DNA of 64,000 nucleotides from Gammaproteobacteria bacterium (GTDB lineage Bacteria; Pseudomonadota; Gammaproteobacteria; JAJFKO01): NCBI GenBank assembly GCA_028284465.1, contig JANQRR010000027.1, positions 2,181 to 66,180 of the forward strand, read 5' to 3'. Shown piece by piece: positions 54,613 to 64,000 of this stretch (position 1 is its first letter; each line of letters starts with the position of its first letter). The notes under the pieces were generated by a model. It saw only the letters and a program-made list of their open reading frames with translations, ran no database searches and was not told where the DNA came from. The position numbers and the translations under genes were made by a program.

Positions 54613-56103
54613 ATGTGTGGAATCGTAGGAATAATTGGCTCTCAACCCGTAGCAGCGGAACTCTACGATAGCTTGATCCATTTACAACATCGTGGTCAAG
54701 ACGCTGCTGGCATTATCACTTGCAACCAGCGCTTTCATATCCATAAAGGTCACGGTTTAGTACGCGAAATCTTCGCCCAAGATGATATGGACCAACTGAC
54801 AGGCAATTTGGGTGTAGCTCATACTCGCTACCCTACTGCCGGTGGCTATTCAGAACAAGAAATCCAACCTTTTTGGATCTGTGCACCTTACGGTATTGCC
54901 ATGGCGCATAACGGCAATTTGGTCAACAAAACCCAACTTGCAGAAAAACTATGTAAAACTCACTTACGCCACTTAAATACCTCAAGCGATTCTGAAGTGT
55001 TATTAAATTTATTTGCTGATGGCTTAACGACAAAGCACGCAATCAATACTTCTGCAGAATTCTTTGAACAAGTTTGCCAAGCAGTCACTAGTATTTTTAA
55101 TCAAGCCGAAGGTTCATACTCAATTATTGCCACCATCATCGGCAAAGGCTTAGTCGCATTTCGTGATCCACATGGCATTCGTCCATTAGTTTATGGCGAA
55201 CGCCAGCACGAAAATGGTGACTGCGATCGAATTTTTGCATCTGAAACCACCATGTTTTATCCACTTGGTTTTAGCAATATCAATAACGTTAAACCAGGTG
55301 AAGTCATTTACATTGATGAACATGGTCAAGTGTTTAAACGGCAACTGACCCAACAGAAATTCTCACCATGTGTATTTGAATATATTTACTTCTCGCGCCC
55401 AGATGCGAAACTCGATGATATTAGCGTATATCGTGCGCGTTTGCGGATTGGCCAAAACCTGGCGAAGCTGTGGCAAAAAACGTATCCTGACACACTCCCT
55501 GACGTTGTGATCCCAGCACCATTTACCTCAAACACTGCGGCGTTAGCTTTTGCTAATGCTATCGGAGTGCGTTATTCCGAAGGATTATATAAAAATCCAT
55601 TCATTGGCCGCACCTTTATTATGTCCGATCAGCAACAACGTAAACGTTCCGTGCGTTATAAATTAGTACCGCAAGAAACTGAAATTCGTGATAAAAAAGT
55701 ATTAGTGGTTGACGATAGTATTGTACGTGGCACAACTAGCCGTGAAATTGTCAAAATGGTCCGTGAATTTGGCGCTAAAGAAATTTATTTTGCTAGCACT
55801 TGCCCACCCATTAAATTCCCTTGTTTTTATGGCATTGACATTCCAACACGCAAAGAATTAATTGCAGCAGATAAAACAGTTGAAGAAATTCGTCAATATC
55901 TACAAGTCGATAAACTATTATATCAAACTATTGAAGCGTTAGAAGAAGCAATTACTCGCAAAGGTGATCATCATATTGATCGGCCCTGCATGGCATGTTT
56001 AGATGGCTGTTATATCAGTGGCAACATTAACCCAAAGAAAATGCATGCTATGGAGCAAGAGCGCCATTGTCATAAACGCAAATCCGTAAAGGAACCAACA
56101 TGA
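54613..56103 (+). CDS. purF: amidophosphoribosyltransferase
   Basis: 496 aa with the N-terminal nucleophile MCGIVGI and the PRPP-binding loop VLVVDDSIVRGTT. Confidence 0.95.
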   Translation: MCGIVGIIGSQPVAAELYDSLIHLQHRGQDAAGIITCNQRFHIHKGHGLVREIFAQDDMDQLTGNLGVAHTRYPTAGGYSEQEIQPFWICAPYGIAMAHNGNLVNKTQLAEKLCKTHLRHLNTSSDSEVLLNLFADGLTTKHAINTSAEFFEQVCQAVTSIFNQAEGSYSIIATIIGKGLVAFRDPHGIRPLVYGERQHENGDCDRIFASETTMFYPLGFSNINNVKPGEVIYIDEHGQVFKRQLTQQKFSPCVFEYIYFSRPDAKLDDISVYRARLRIGQNLAKLWQKTYPDTLPDVVIPAPFTSNTAALAFANAIGVRYSEGLYKNPFIGRTFIMSDQQQRKRSVRYKLVPQETEIRDKKVLVVDDSIVRGTTSREIVKMVREFGAKEIYFASTCPPIKFPCFYGIDIPTRKELIAADKTVEEIRQYLQVDKLLYQTIEALEEAITRKGDHHIDRPCMACLDGCYISGNINPKKMHAMEQERHCHKRKSVKEPT

Positions 56104-57422
56104 CGAATATTTTATTAGTTGGCTCAGGCGCACGCGAACATGCCATTGCAAAAGCTATTAATCGTTCAACCATCGCACATCAATTATTTTGCTACGCTAG
56201 TCATCACAATCCCGGAATCATTAAACTGACCCAACACTATCATTGCGGTGATTTAAAAGCGCTTGATTTGATAACGGCTTATGCGCGCGAGCAGCATATT
56301 GATTTTGCGATCATTGGCCCAGAAGCACCACTAGCATTAGGCCTTGTTGACCATTTACAACAACATAACATTGCTTGTATTGGACCAACACAACAATTAG
56401 CACAAATTGAAACAAGCAAAGGTTTTGCGCGTAATTTATTAACGCAACATAACATCCCTGGCTCGCCACGTTATCGCAATTTTACTGAATTAACCGGCGT
56501 TAATGCATGGCTTGCTGAACTTGGTGATGCTTATGTCGTTAAAGCTGATGGTTTAATGGGCGGCAAAGGCGTTAAAGTTGCTGGCGAACATTTGCATAGC
56601 CATCAACAAGCTTTACAATATTGTGAACAATTAATTCAACACCAACAACCTTTTGTGATCGAAGAAAAATTAATTGGCCAAGAATTTTCATTACTAAGTT
56701 TTGTTGCAGGTAATCGCTTAGTCCATATGCCATTAGTGCAAGATCACAAACGTGCCTTAGTTGACGATCAAGGCCCGAATACTGGTGGCATGGGTTGTTA
56801 TACCGACGCCAATCACTTACTACCATTTATCACTGCAGCCGAATTGCAACAAGCCCAAACCATTAATGAAGCTACGATCGCTGCATTAAATGCTGAAGCT
56901 AATACAACATATCGAGGTATTTTATATGGTGGTTTTATGGCAACTCAGCACGGCGTTAAATTAATTGAATACAACGCTCGCTTCGGTGATCCAGAAGCCG
57001 TTAATTTATTAAGCTTATTAACCAGTGATTTTATTGCGATTTGCCAAGCAATGCTTAACCAACAATTGTCAGCTTCATTAGTGCAATTTAAACAACACGC
57101 CAGTGTATGCAAATATGCTGTGCCCAAAGGCTATCCTGACAATCCAGTTAAACAACAAACTATTGATATTAGCAATGTCACGCAACCAGAAAATTTATTT
57201 TATGCTTCAGTCGATGCCAGTAATAATGACTTAACATTATTAGGATCACGTGCAATCGCGGTGATCGGCATTGCTGAAACGATTGCGGCGGCTGAAACGC
57301 TTGCCGAAACTCAAATTCAATTGATCCAAGGGCCGCTGTACCATCGACCTGATATTGGTACGGCACAACTTATTAATCAACGCATTCAACATATGCAATC
57401 ATTACGTGAGGTGGCTGCATGA
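56100..57422 (+). CDS. purD: phosphoribosylamine--glycine ligase
   Basis: 440 aa with an ATP-grasp fold. ILLVGSGAREHAIA is the typical PurD start. Confidence 0.93.
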   Translation: MTNILLVGSGAREHAIAKAINRSTIAHQLFCYASHHNPGIIKLTQHYHCGDLKALDLITAYAREQHIDFAIIGPEAPLALGLVDHLQQHNIACIGPTQQLAQIETSKGFARNLLTQHNIPGSPRYRNFTELTGVNAWLAELGDAYVVKADGLMGGKGVKVAGEHLHSHQQALQYCEQLIQHQQPFVIEEKLIGQEFSLLSFVAGNRLVHMPLVQDHKRALVDDQGPNTGGMGCYTDANHLLPFITAAELQQAQTINEATIAALNAEANTTYRGILYGGFMATQHGVKLIEYNARFGDPEAVNLLSLLTSDFIAICQAMLNQQLSASLVQFKQHASVCKYAVPKGYPDNPVKQQTIDISNVTQPENLFYASVDASNNDLTLLGSRAIAVIGIAETIAAAETLAETQIQLIQGPLYHRPDIGTAQLINQRIQHMQSLREVAA

Positions 57423-58012
57423 AACCATTAAAACTTGGAGTCTTAGGCTCTACTCGAGGCACTATTCTTGAACCAATAATTCAAGCGGTGGTACACAAAC
57501 GCATTAAAGCTACGATTGAAGTAGTGATCAGTGATAAACAAGATGCCTTTATTTTACAACGCGCACATCAATATCGTATTCCTGCGCATTTAATTTCGCC
57601 GCAGGGTTTAGAACGCGTTGTTTATGATCAAGCTATCACTGAAACTTTATCTAGCTATAAAGTCGATCTGATCTTATTGATTGGCTACTTGCGAATTTTA
57701 TCTCCCGCATTCGTTAATCAATGGCAAGGAAAAATTATTAACATTCATCCTTCACTATTACCCGCATTTGCTGGTTTAATGGATCTTAAAGCGCATCGAG
57801 CTGTGCTTGATGCCAAAGTAAAAATATCCGGTTGCACCGTGCATTATGTTACTCACGATGTTGATGCAGGCCCTATCATCGTCCAAAAATCCTGTGCCGT
57901 ATTATCTAATGACACGCCTGAAAGTTTAAAAATGCGAGTGCAACAACTTGAAGGGCCAGCGATGATTGAAGCAATTAATACTATTATTAAACAGCATGAG
58001 GAACAGGCGTGA
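57419..58012 (+). CDS. purN: phosphoribosylglycinamide formyltransferase
   Basis: 197 aa with the motifs INIHPSLLPAFAG and TVHYVTHDVDAGPII. Confidence 0.93.
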   Translation: MKPLKLGVLGSTRGTILEPIIQAVVHKRIKATIEVVISDKQDAFILQRAHQYRIPAHLISPQGLERVVYDQAITETLSSYKVDLILLIGYLRILSPAFVNQWQGKIINIHPSLLPAFAGLMDLKAHRAVLDAKVKISGCTVHYVTHDVDAGPIIVQKSCAVLSNDTPESLKMRVQQLEGPAMIEAINTIIKQHEEQA

Positions 58013-59547
58013 ATACCGAATTAGTCAATATTAAACGTGCTTTACTCTCAGTTTACGACAAAACTGGGATCGTCGAATTCGCGCAAACATTAATTAAACA
58101 CGGTGTTGAAATTATTTCGACTGGTGGCACTGCTAAGTTACTCGCTGAAGCGAATATCGCATATACTTCGGTTGCTCAGATCACTGGCTTTCCAGAAATT
58201 ATGGATGGTCGAGTTAAAACCTTGCATCCCTTAATTCATGGAGCAATTCTTGGTAAACGCGATCAACATGCGCAAGCAGCACAACAACATGGGATCACTT
58301 GGATTGATTTAGTGGTTTGTAATTTATATCCTTTTGCGCAAACTATCAGTCAACCTGATTGTAATATTGACAAAGCTTTAGCTAATATTGATATTGGTGG
58401 GCCAACCATGATCCGCGCAGCCAGTAAAAACTTTCCCTGGGTTGGGGTTATTGTTGATCCACAAGACTATGATCGCATCACTACTGAGCTTAATGAATAT
58501 CAAGGCATTACAGCAAACCTACGCAAACAATTAGCCGCTAAAGCATTTGCACACACGGCACAATATGACGCACTAATCGCTAATTACTTGGCTGATGAAC
58601 CTTATCCTGATACCTTAACGTTAACATTCACTAAACGAGCTGATTTACGCTATGGTGAAAACCCTCACCAAAAGGCTTGTGTCTATCAACAACCATTAGC
58701 TAGTGGCAGTAGCATTCTTAATGCTAAACAAATACAAGGCAAACAGTTATCGTTTAATAATATTTTTGATGCAGAAAGCGCATTAAATTGTGCGCTTGAA
58801 TTTACTGAACCGACATGTGCGGTGATCAAACATGCCAATCCATGTGGAGTTGCTACCAACGATACTATTGATGCTGCTTTTGATGCTGCTTTAGCTGCTG
58901 ATCCGAAATCAGCGTTTGGCGGGATCATTGCACTTAACCGTCCTTGTAGCGAAACTATCGCACAAGTTATTATAGAACGGTTTTTTGAAGTCGTTATTGC
59001 TCCTGGATTTAGTACACAAGCATTAACCTTACTTTCACAAAAAAAGAATCTACGAGTATTAGATATCGGCGAAATCACTGCTCCCACCCAACCATTAACA
59101 GGCAAAATCATTACTCATGGTTTATTGCTGCAAAGCCGTGATGATCACACCATAACTAAAGACCAATTAACCTGCGTCACTAACACTAAACCTGATGATC
59201 AACAATTAGCGGCATTATTATTTGCTTGGCAAGTCGCAAAACATGCTAAATCCAATGCTATTGTCATTGCTCGCCAACAACAAACTGCTGGAATTGGCGC
59301 AGGCCAAGTATCACGTGTGGATGCAGTTGATATTGCACTTACTAAAGCCGAAGGCAAATTAGCCAATGCAGTGCTTGCATCCGATGCGTTTTTCCCATTT
59401 CGCGATAGTATTGATAAAATTGCTCAAAGTGGGATCCGTGCTATCATTCAACCAGGTGGCTCCATTCGTGATCCTGAAGTTATTGCAGCATGTAATGAAC
59501 ACGGTATTGCTATGGTATTTACTGGCATTCGGAGTTTCAATCATTAA
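58009..59547 (+). CDS. purH: bifunctional AICAR formyltransferase / IMP cyclohydrolase
   Basis: 512 aa with [16 protein letters not shown] and GRVKTLHP motifs, ending in ...FTGIRSFNH. Confidence 0.95.
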   Translation: MNTELVNIKRALLSVYDKTGIVEFAQTLIKHGVEIISTGGTAKLLAEANIAYTSVAQITGFPEIMDGRVKTLHPLIHGAILGKRDQHAQAAQQHGITWIDLVVCNLYPFAQTISQPDCNIDKALANIDIGGPTMIRAASKNFPWVGVIVDPQDYDRITTELNEYQGITANLRKQLAAKAFAHTAQYDALIANYLADEPYPDTLTLTFTKRADLRYGENPHQKACVYQQPLASGSSILNAKQIQGKQLSFNNIFDAESALNCALEFTEPTCAVIKHANPCGVATNDTIDAAFDAALAADPKSAFGGIIALNRPCSETIAQVIIERFFEVVIAPGFSTQALTLLSQKKNLRVLDIGEITAPTQPLTGKIITHGLLLQSRDDHTITKDQLTCVTNTKPDDQQLAALLFAWQVAKHAKSNAIVIARQQQTAGIGAGQVSRVDAVDIALTKAEGKLANAVLASDAFFPFRDSIDKIAQSGIRAIIQPGGSIRDPEVIAACNEHGIAMVFTGIRSFNH

Positions 59548-59565
59548 GAGAAAGGATCAATAACT

Positions 59566-60069
59566 ATGGATAAACAACAAAAACCGCTTATCGGTATTAT
59601 TATGGGTTCACAATCAGATTGGCCTACTCTGGAATATGCCGCAAATATCTTAAAAACCTTAAGCATACCCTTTGAAACCCAAATTGTTTCCGCACATCGC
59701 ACCCCTGATCGATTATTTGATTATGCTGAAACTGCTTTAAAACGCGGCTTAGAAATTATTATTGCCGGCGCTGGTGGCGCTGCACATTTGCCTGGTATGG
59801 TTGCTGCTAAAACCACATTACCAGTACTAGGTGTACCGATCCAATCAGCCGCACTCAATGGCATAGATTCGTTATTATCGATTGTGCAAATGCCTGCAGG
59901 CATTCCAGTTGGTACACTCGCTATCGGCAAAGCAGGCGCAACAAATGCTGCCTTATTAGCTGCGGCCATTTTAAGTAATAAATATCCGGAAGTGCATGAA
60001 GAATTAACACTGTATCGAAAACGTCAAACTGATAAAGTTGCTAAACAACCTGAAATGGAGAAATCATGA
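59566..60069 (+). CDS. purE: N5-carboxyaminoimidazole ribonucleotide mutase
   Basis: 167 aa with the motifs [15 protein letters not shown] and [10 protein letters not shown]. Confidence 0.95.
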   Translation: MDKQQKPLIGIIMGSQSDWPTLEYAANILKTLSIPFETQIVSAHRTPDRLFDYAETALKRGLEIIIAGAGGAAHLPGMVAAKTTLPVLGVPIQSAALNGIDSLLSIVQMPAGIPVGTLAIGKAGATNAALLAAAILSNKYPEVHEELTLYRKRQTDKVAKQPEMEKS

Positions 60070-61148
60070 AAATAGGTATCGTCGGCGCCGGCCAATTAGC
60101 GCAAATGCTCGCCTTAGCAGCTATTCCTATAGGCATAGAAGTACTATGCTTGGCTGAAGATAATACTAAACCTGCTGCAACGGTCACGGATATATTTATT
60201 GGTGAGTTAAACTCCCCACAAAAATTACATGAATTTGCTGAACACGTTGATGTGATCACTTACGAAAATGAAAATATTCCAGTTGATGCTATTCGTTCGC
60301 TCGCGGAAATCGTTCCAGTGTATCCATCAATTAAAGCATTACAAACTACCCAAGATCGTTTGTTGGAAAAACAGTTATTTGATCGCTTAAATATCCCTAC
60401 AGTAAAGTATGCGGCAATTGATTCAATGGCTGATCTACAACAAGCGAGCGAGCATATTGGCTTGCCTGCCGTATTAAAAACACGTCGTTTTGGTTACGAT
60501 GGTAAAGGTCAATATCGTTTAGCTAATGAAGATGATTGTCAGTCTGCTTGGAAAACCTTGGGTGAGCATCCTCTAATATTTGAAAATTTTATTGCTTTTG
60601 AAACTGAAGTATCACTAATCTCAGCGCGCGATCAACTCGGTAATACGCACTATTATCCATTGATTGAAAATATGCATAAAGATGGTATTTTACGTTTAAG
60701 CTATGCGCCTTGGCAAAATAATACCTTGCAAGCGCAAGCAGAAAGATATGCGCAACGTTTACTTGATGAGCTTGACTATATTGGAGTCATGACCATTGAA
60801 TTTTTTGTTGTTAACAATCAATTACTCGCTAATGAAATAGCTCCGCGAGTACATAATTCTGGTCACTGGACTATTAACGGTGCGGCTACTAGTCAATTTG
60901 AAAATCATGTTCGTGCTATCAGTAACCTCGCATTAGGGCAAACTGGCTGTTTAGCGCCATCTGCCATGATTAATATGATTGGCGAACTCAATGATCGTGA
61001 TGAGGTCCTTAAAATTCCTAATGCACATTTTTATGATTATGCAAAATCACCACGCCCTAATCGTAAACTCGGGCATATCAATTTAGTTGATCATGATAAA
61101 AAGCGTTTGCAAGCCAGTATTGATAAGATCCAAACGATTAAATGCTAA
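60066..61148 (+). CDS. purK: N5-carboxyaminoimidazole ribonucleotide synthase
   Basis: 360 aa with an ATP-grasp fold. [15 protein letters not shown] is the typical PurK start, and the gene is coupled to purE. Confidence 0.93.
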   Translation: MKIGIVGAGQLAQMLALAAIPIGIEVLCLAEDNTKPAATVTDIFIGELNSPQKLHEFAEHVDVITYENENIPVDAIRSLAEIVPVYPSIKALQTTQDRLLEKQLFDRLNIPTVKYAAIDSMADLQQASEHIGLPAVLKTRRFGYDGKGQYRLANEDDCQSAWKTLGEHPLIFENFIAFETEVSLISARDQLGNTHYYPLIENMHKDGILRLSYAPWQNNTLQAQAERYAQRLLDELDYIGVMTIEFFVVNNQLLANEIAPRVHNSGHWTINGAATSQFENHVRAISNLALGQTGCLAPSAMINMIGELNDRDEVLKIPNAHFYDYAKSPRPNRKLGHINLVDHDKKRLQASIDKIQTIKC

Positions 61149-61164
61149 TAAACTGGATCAATGG

Positions 61165-61842
61165 CTAAAATGGAACTTGCTTAGCTTGCCAATCAAACAA
61201 ATTGCCTGAATCTTCTATGGTTAATTTAGCTAAAACATCGAGCAAGTAATTTGCTGCTTGGCTTGGTGAAAATAATTTTTCAGGAGCAACATTCGCTTGA
61301 TAGGGTTTTGATAAGGGCGTATCGACGGTGCCAGGATGATAAGCAAAAATTGCTGCGTGTGGATATTGTCGCGACCATTCAATCGCCAGGGTTTTAATTA
61401 GCATATTTAACGCTGCTTTACTCATACGATAACTATACCACCCACCGAGATGATTATCGGTAATACTAGACACTCGCGCTGAAATAGCTAGCATTTTTAA
61501 CGTTGAACTACGTGACATAACTCGACTAAGACTTTGGGCAATTAATGCTGTTGGCATAACATTGATATCAATACTTTGCTGCAGCCATGTTTCAGTAAAT
61601 TGGTTAATGTTTTTTTCTGGCAAATGATCACTATCATGCAAAACTCCGATGGTATTAATAATATAATCAGGCACGATTTCTGTTAATACATTATCTAAGT
61701 CATGAAAAGTAATACATTCCACATTGGGTAATTGAATATTGCGTTTACGTGAAACCATAATAACTTCATCACCACGCTGTATAAGTTGCTCGACTAGAGC
61801 TGCCCCAATGCCGCCATAACCAAAAACCATGTATTTCGCCAT
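61165..61842 (-). CDS. short-chain dehydrogenase/reductase (SDR) family protein
   Basis: It has a GYGGIG Rossmann motif and a YRMSK catalytic motif. The start is taken at the ATG at 61842 after GAGGG; the ORF-track TTG is at 61854. Confidence 0.75.
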   Translation of the reverse strand: MAKYMVFGYGGIGAALVEQLIQRGDEVIMVSRKRNIQLPNVECITFHDLDNVLTEIVPDYIINTIGVLHDSDHLPEKNINQFTETWLQQSIDINVMPTALIAQSLSRVMSRSSTLKMLAISARVSSITDNHLGGWYSYRMSKAALNMLIKTLAIEWSRQYPHAAIFAYHPGTVDTPLSKPYQANVAPEKLFSPSQAANYLLDVLAKLTIEDSGNLFDWQAKQVPF

Positions 61843-61857
61843 TTTAGCCCTCAACTT

Positions 61858-63288
61858 TTATTTATTTGTCTTGCGACAAGCTTGATAACTTTTCAAAGCA
61901 GTTTCTCGCGCAATTTTATGGTTAACAATAGGTAATGGATAGCTATGACCAAGCTCTATACCCGCTGCAGTTAAAATATCGCGCGGCGCTTGACTCGGAT
62001 CATGAATATATTTATTCGGCAAATTAGCTAACTCTGGCACCCACTTTCGTACATACTCACCATTAGGATCAAACTTTTCACCTTGTAAGGTTGGATTAAA
62101 AATTCGAAAATACGGTGCAGCATCCGCCCCACTACCTGCAACCCATTGCCACCCCGCTGAATTATTTGCAAGATCAGCATCTACTAAAGTATCCCAAAAC
62201 CATTTTTCACCTTCACACCAATGAATTAACAAATGCTTCGTTAAAAATGACGCCACAATCATGCGCACACGATTATGCAAATATCCCGTCGCCCATAATT
62301 CTCGCATCCCAGCATCAACAATTGGATAGCCGGTTAAACCTTGCTGCCATGCTCGCAAATGACTTTGATTATTTAACCAAGGAAATTTATCAAACTCGGC
62401 ACGAAAATTCTTTTGATAAAACAAAGGAAAATGCCATAATAAATAATAAGAAAATTCACGCCAGATCAATTGGCGTAAAAATGCTTGCGCACCTTTTTGC
62501 AAGCCTGGCACAGCAATTTCAGCTTGCTTAATCACTTGCCAAACTTGACGCACACTGATCTCACCAAAATGCAAATATGGTGATAATCGTGATGTTCCTA
62601 ATCGATCCGGGCGATCTCTATCTTCAGCATAATTTTGTAAGCCATGCTCAATGAAATGTTGCAACACTTGCTGGCCTGCGTCTTCTCCTGCTTGCCAAAT
62701 AGCAAAACCATGGCTCCAATCTGGATGAGTTGGTAACAATTGCCAACTTGCTAATGATTCAGAAACAATTTTTGATCGTTGTGAAAGTTTATTTGGCGTA
62801 GGTAATAATTGTGTTGGCGTGATCAACGTGCTAACAAATTTCCAATAAGGCGTGAAAACTTTAAAATAATTACCCGATTTGTTTTTGACAATACTAGGTT
62901 CTGTCAATAAATACCCTTTAAATAAATGCATTATAATTTCTTGCGCAGCAAAATAGCGTTGCAGTGCCTGTTGGTATTGCAGCATTGCAGGTTCATAACT
63001 ACGATGACAATAAATTGCAGTAACGTTATATTTTTGTACTAACTCTATTAAGATTTGTTGTGTATTGCCTTTTCGCAACAATAAAGTAATGCCTTGTTTT
63101 TTAAGCTTATTAATAAGAGCTGTTAGACTATGATGCAACCACCAACGCTGCGCTCCACCCAAGGGGCGTGTAATAGTATCATCGAGAATAAATACCGGGA
63201 TCAGATCATCGGTGACAGTAGCTGCTGCTGATAAAACAGGATTGTCGTACAAACGTAAATCATTTTGAAACCAATAAAGTACTGTCAT
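61858..63288 (-). CDS. phrB: deoxyribodipyrimidine photo-lyase
   Basis: 476 aa with an N-terminal photolyase domain (LYWFQNDLRLYDNP) and the C-terminal FAD-binding signature (WREF..., GWQWVAGSGADAAPYFRIFNP). Confidence 0.92.
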   Translation of the reverse strand: MTVLYWFQNDLRLYDNPVLSAAATVTDDLIPVFILDDTITRPLGGAQRWWLHHSLTALINKLKKQGITLLLRKGNTQQILIELVQKYNVTAIYCHRSYEPAMLQYQQALQRYFAAQEIIMHLFKGYLLTEPSIVKNKSGNYFKVFTPYWKFVSTLITPTQLLPTPNKLSQRSKIVSESLASWQLLPTHPDWSHGFAIWQAGEDAGQQVLQHFIEHGLQNYAEDRDRPDRLGTSRLSPYLHFGEISVRQVWQVIKQAEIAVPGLQKGAQAFLRQLIWREFSYYLLWHFPLFYQKNFRAEFDKFPWLNNQSHLRAWQQGLTGYPIVDAGMRELWATGYLHNRVRMIVASFLTKHLLIHWCEGEKWFWDTLVDADLANNSAGWQWVAGSGADAAPYFRIFNPTLQGEKFDPNGEYVRKWVPELANLPNKYIHDPSQAPRDILTAAGIELGHSYPLPIVNHKIARETALKSYQACRKTNK

Positions 63289-63363
63289 TGTTTTATTATA
63301 TCCTTAATCATCTGATGTTACATCGTTATCGTTAGTGTATAATCTACGAAAAGGAGAAAAACC

Positions 63364-63750
63364 ATGCAAGTTGTTGTCGTCACTTTGAGCTTATTGATCC
63401 TTGATGGCATTTGGCTCGGCTTAATTGCTAAAAAAATGTATATAAATGCATTCGGCAGCATGCTGCGTTTAACTAATGGTGCAATTCGCCCATTATTGAT
63501 CCCTGCAGTTATTGTTTATATTGCATTAATTGTTGGAATTTTAGTATTCGTTATTCCTAAAGCACGAGGTGAATTAATCCCTGCACTGTTATGGGGTGGG
63601 CTGTTTGGTTTTGTAGTCTATGGTACTTATGATTTCACCAATCTTGCAGTGATGGCTAATTGGCCATATCAAATAGCTATTATTGATACACTATGGGGAA
63701 TGGTATTGTGCGGTGTAACCAGTTTAATTACTGTTTGGATCACACGTTAA
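63364..63750 (+). CDS. small integral membrane protein (DUF2177-like)
   Basis: 128 aa with four TM helices. The family assignment is from memory of the LDGIWLG...Y pattern only. Confidence 0.5.
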   Translation: MQVVVVTLSLLILDGIWLGLIAKKMYINAFGSMLRLTNGAIRPLLIPAVIVYIALIVGILVFVIPKARGELIPALLWGGLFGFVVYGTYDFTNLAVMANWPYQIAIIDTLWGMVLCGVTSLITVWITR

Positions 63751-63770
63751 TTGAGGGAACATGATGTTTA

Positions 63771-64000
63771 AATCATTACTTGGCTTGTTTGATAGTCAAG
63801 TTATGCCAGTTAATGAATCTACAACCATTGCATGGGTACGTGTTATACCATTTATTTTACTACATGTTGGTTGTCTGCTGGTATTTTGGGTTGGGATCAG
63901 CAAAACAGCAATTATTACTGCATTAATATTATTCTGGGGACGCATTTTTGCGATTGGTGCTTTCTATCATCGCTATTTCTGTCATCGTGCATTTCAAACT
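63771..64000 (+). CDS. fatty acid (acyl-CoA/acyl-lipid) desaturase, 5-prime partial at window edge
   Basis: The ATG at 63771 follows GAGGGA. The translation ends with the first His-box region FYHRYFCHRAFQT, typical of membrane desaturases. The gene is truncated by the window end. Confidence 0.6.

Noticed and set aside
58686-59111. 141-aa ORF antisense to purH, along with similar antisense ORFs at 12357-12734, 30125-30391, 33829-34065 and 52700-52987
   Set aside because: All are embedded in strongly supported genes on the other strand. They have no RBS and no recognisable domains, and their composition is typical of antisense reading frames.
1-64000. Search for CRISPR arrays, tRNA/rRNA genes, IS elements, integrases, and prophage or conjugation genes
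   Set aside because: I saw no regularly spaced direct repeats, no cloverleaf-compatible tRNA sequences in the intergenic regions, and no transposase-, integrase- or phage-like ORFs. tRNAscan-SE, ISfinder and CRISPRCasFinder would confirm this.

Overview
This is a chromosomal segment of an AT-rich gammaproteobacterium. Gene order plus several eukaryote-like genes suggest a Legionellales-type intracellular lifestyle, but that is inference, not a database result.

Core content, left to right:
- plsX-rpmF, rluC and the riboflavin genes ribE-ribBA-ribH.
- A rearranged L-Ara4N lipid A modification (arn) cluster with ArnA split into two genes.
- rnt, a DUF721/DciA-like gene and lpxC.
- An almost complete dcw cell-division cluster on the minus strand (mraZ to ftsZ), with a recognisable promoter and MraZ operator.
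- RNase P RNA (rnpB).
- A near-complete de novo purine cluster: purL-purM-purQ/S-purC, then purF-D-N-H-E-K.
- An SDR, photolyase, a DUF2177 protein and a partial desaturase.

Accessory content:
1. A roughly 9.5-kb AT-rich block between rnpB and purL. It holds an orphan 2,385-aa protein with a split SF2 helicase core, NLS-like motifs and three internal repeats of about 270 aa. It also holds an F-box/ankyrin protein and a vapBC-like toxin-antitoxin pair.
2. A 3.4-kb insertion inside the dcw cluster between murB and murC. It carries cytochrome b561, an ATPase/PD-(D/E)xK-nuclease fusion, and a Ras-like GTPase with a degenerate G3 motif and a C-terminal triplet repeat.
3. A second ATPase/nuclease fusion with its own promoter and terminator, wedged between the two arnA halves.

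Non-coding signals:
- A candidate CsrA/RsmA-sponge sRNA (RsmY/Z-like) downstream of purC.
- A family of roughly 90-bp palindromic MITE-like repeats, with two full and at least two partial copies in intergenic spacers.
- Tandem 32-bp palindromes upstream of the dcw-inserted ATPase.

No tRNA, rRNA, CRISPR array, IS element or integrase was recognised.
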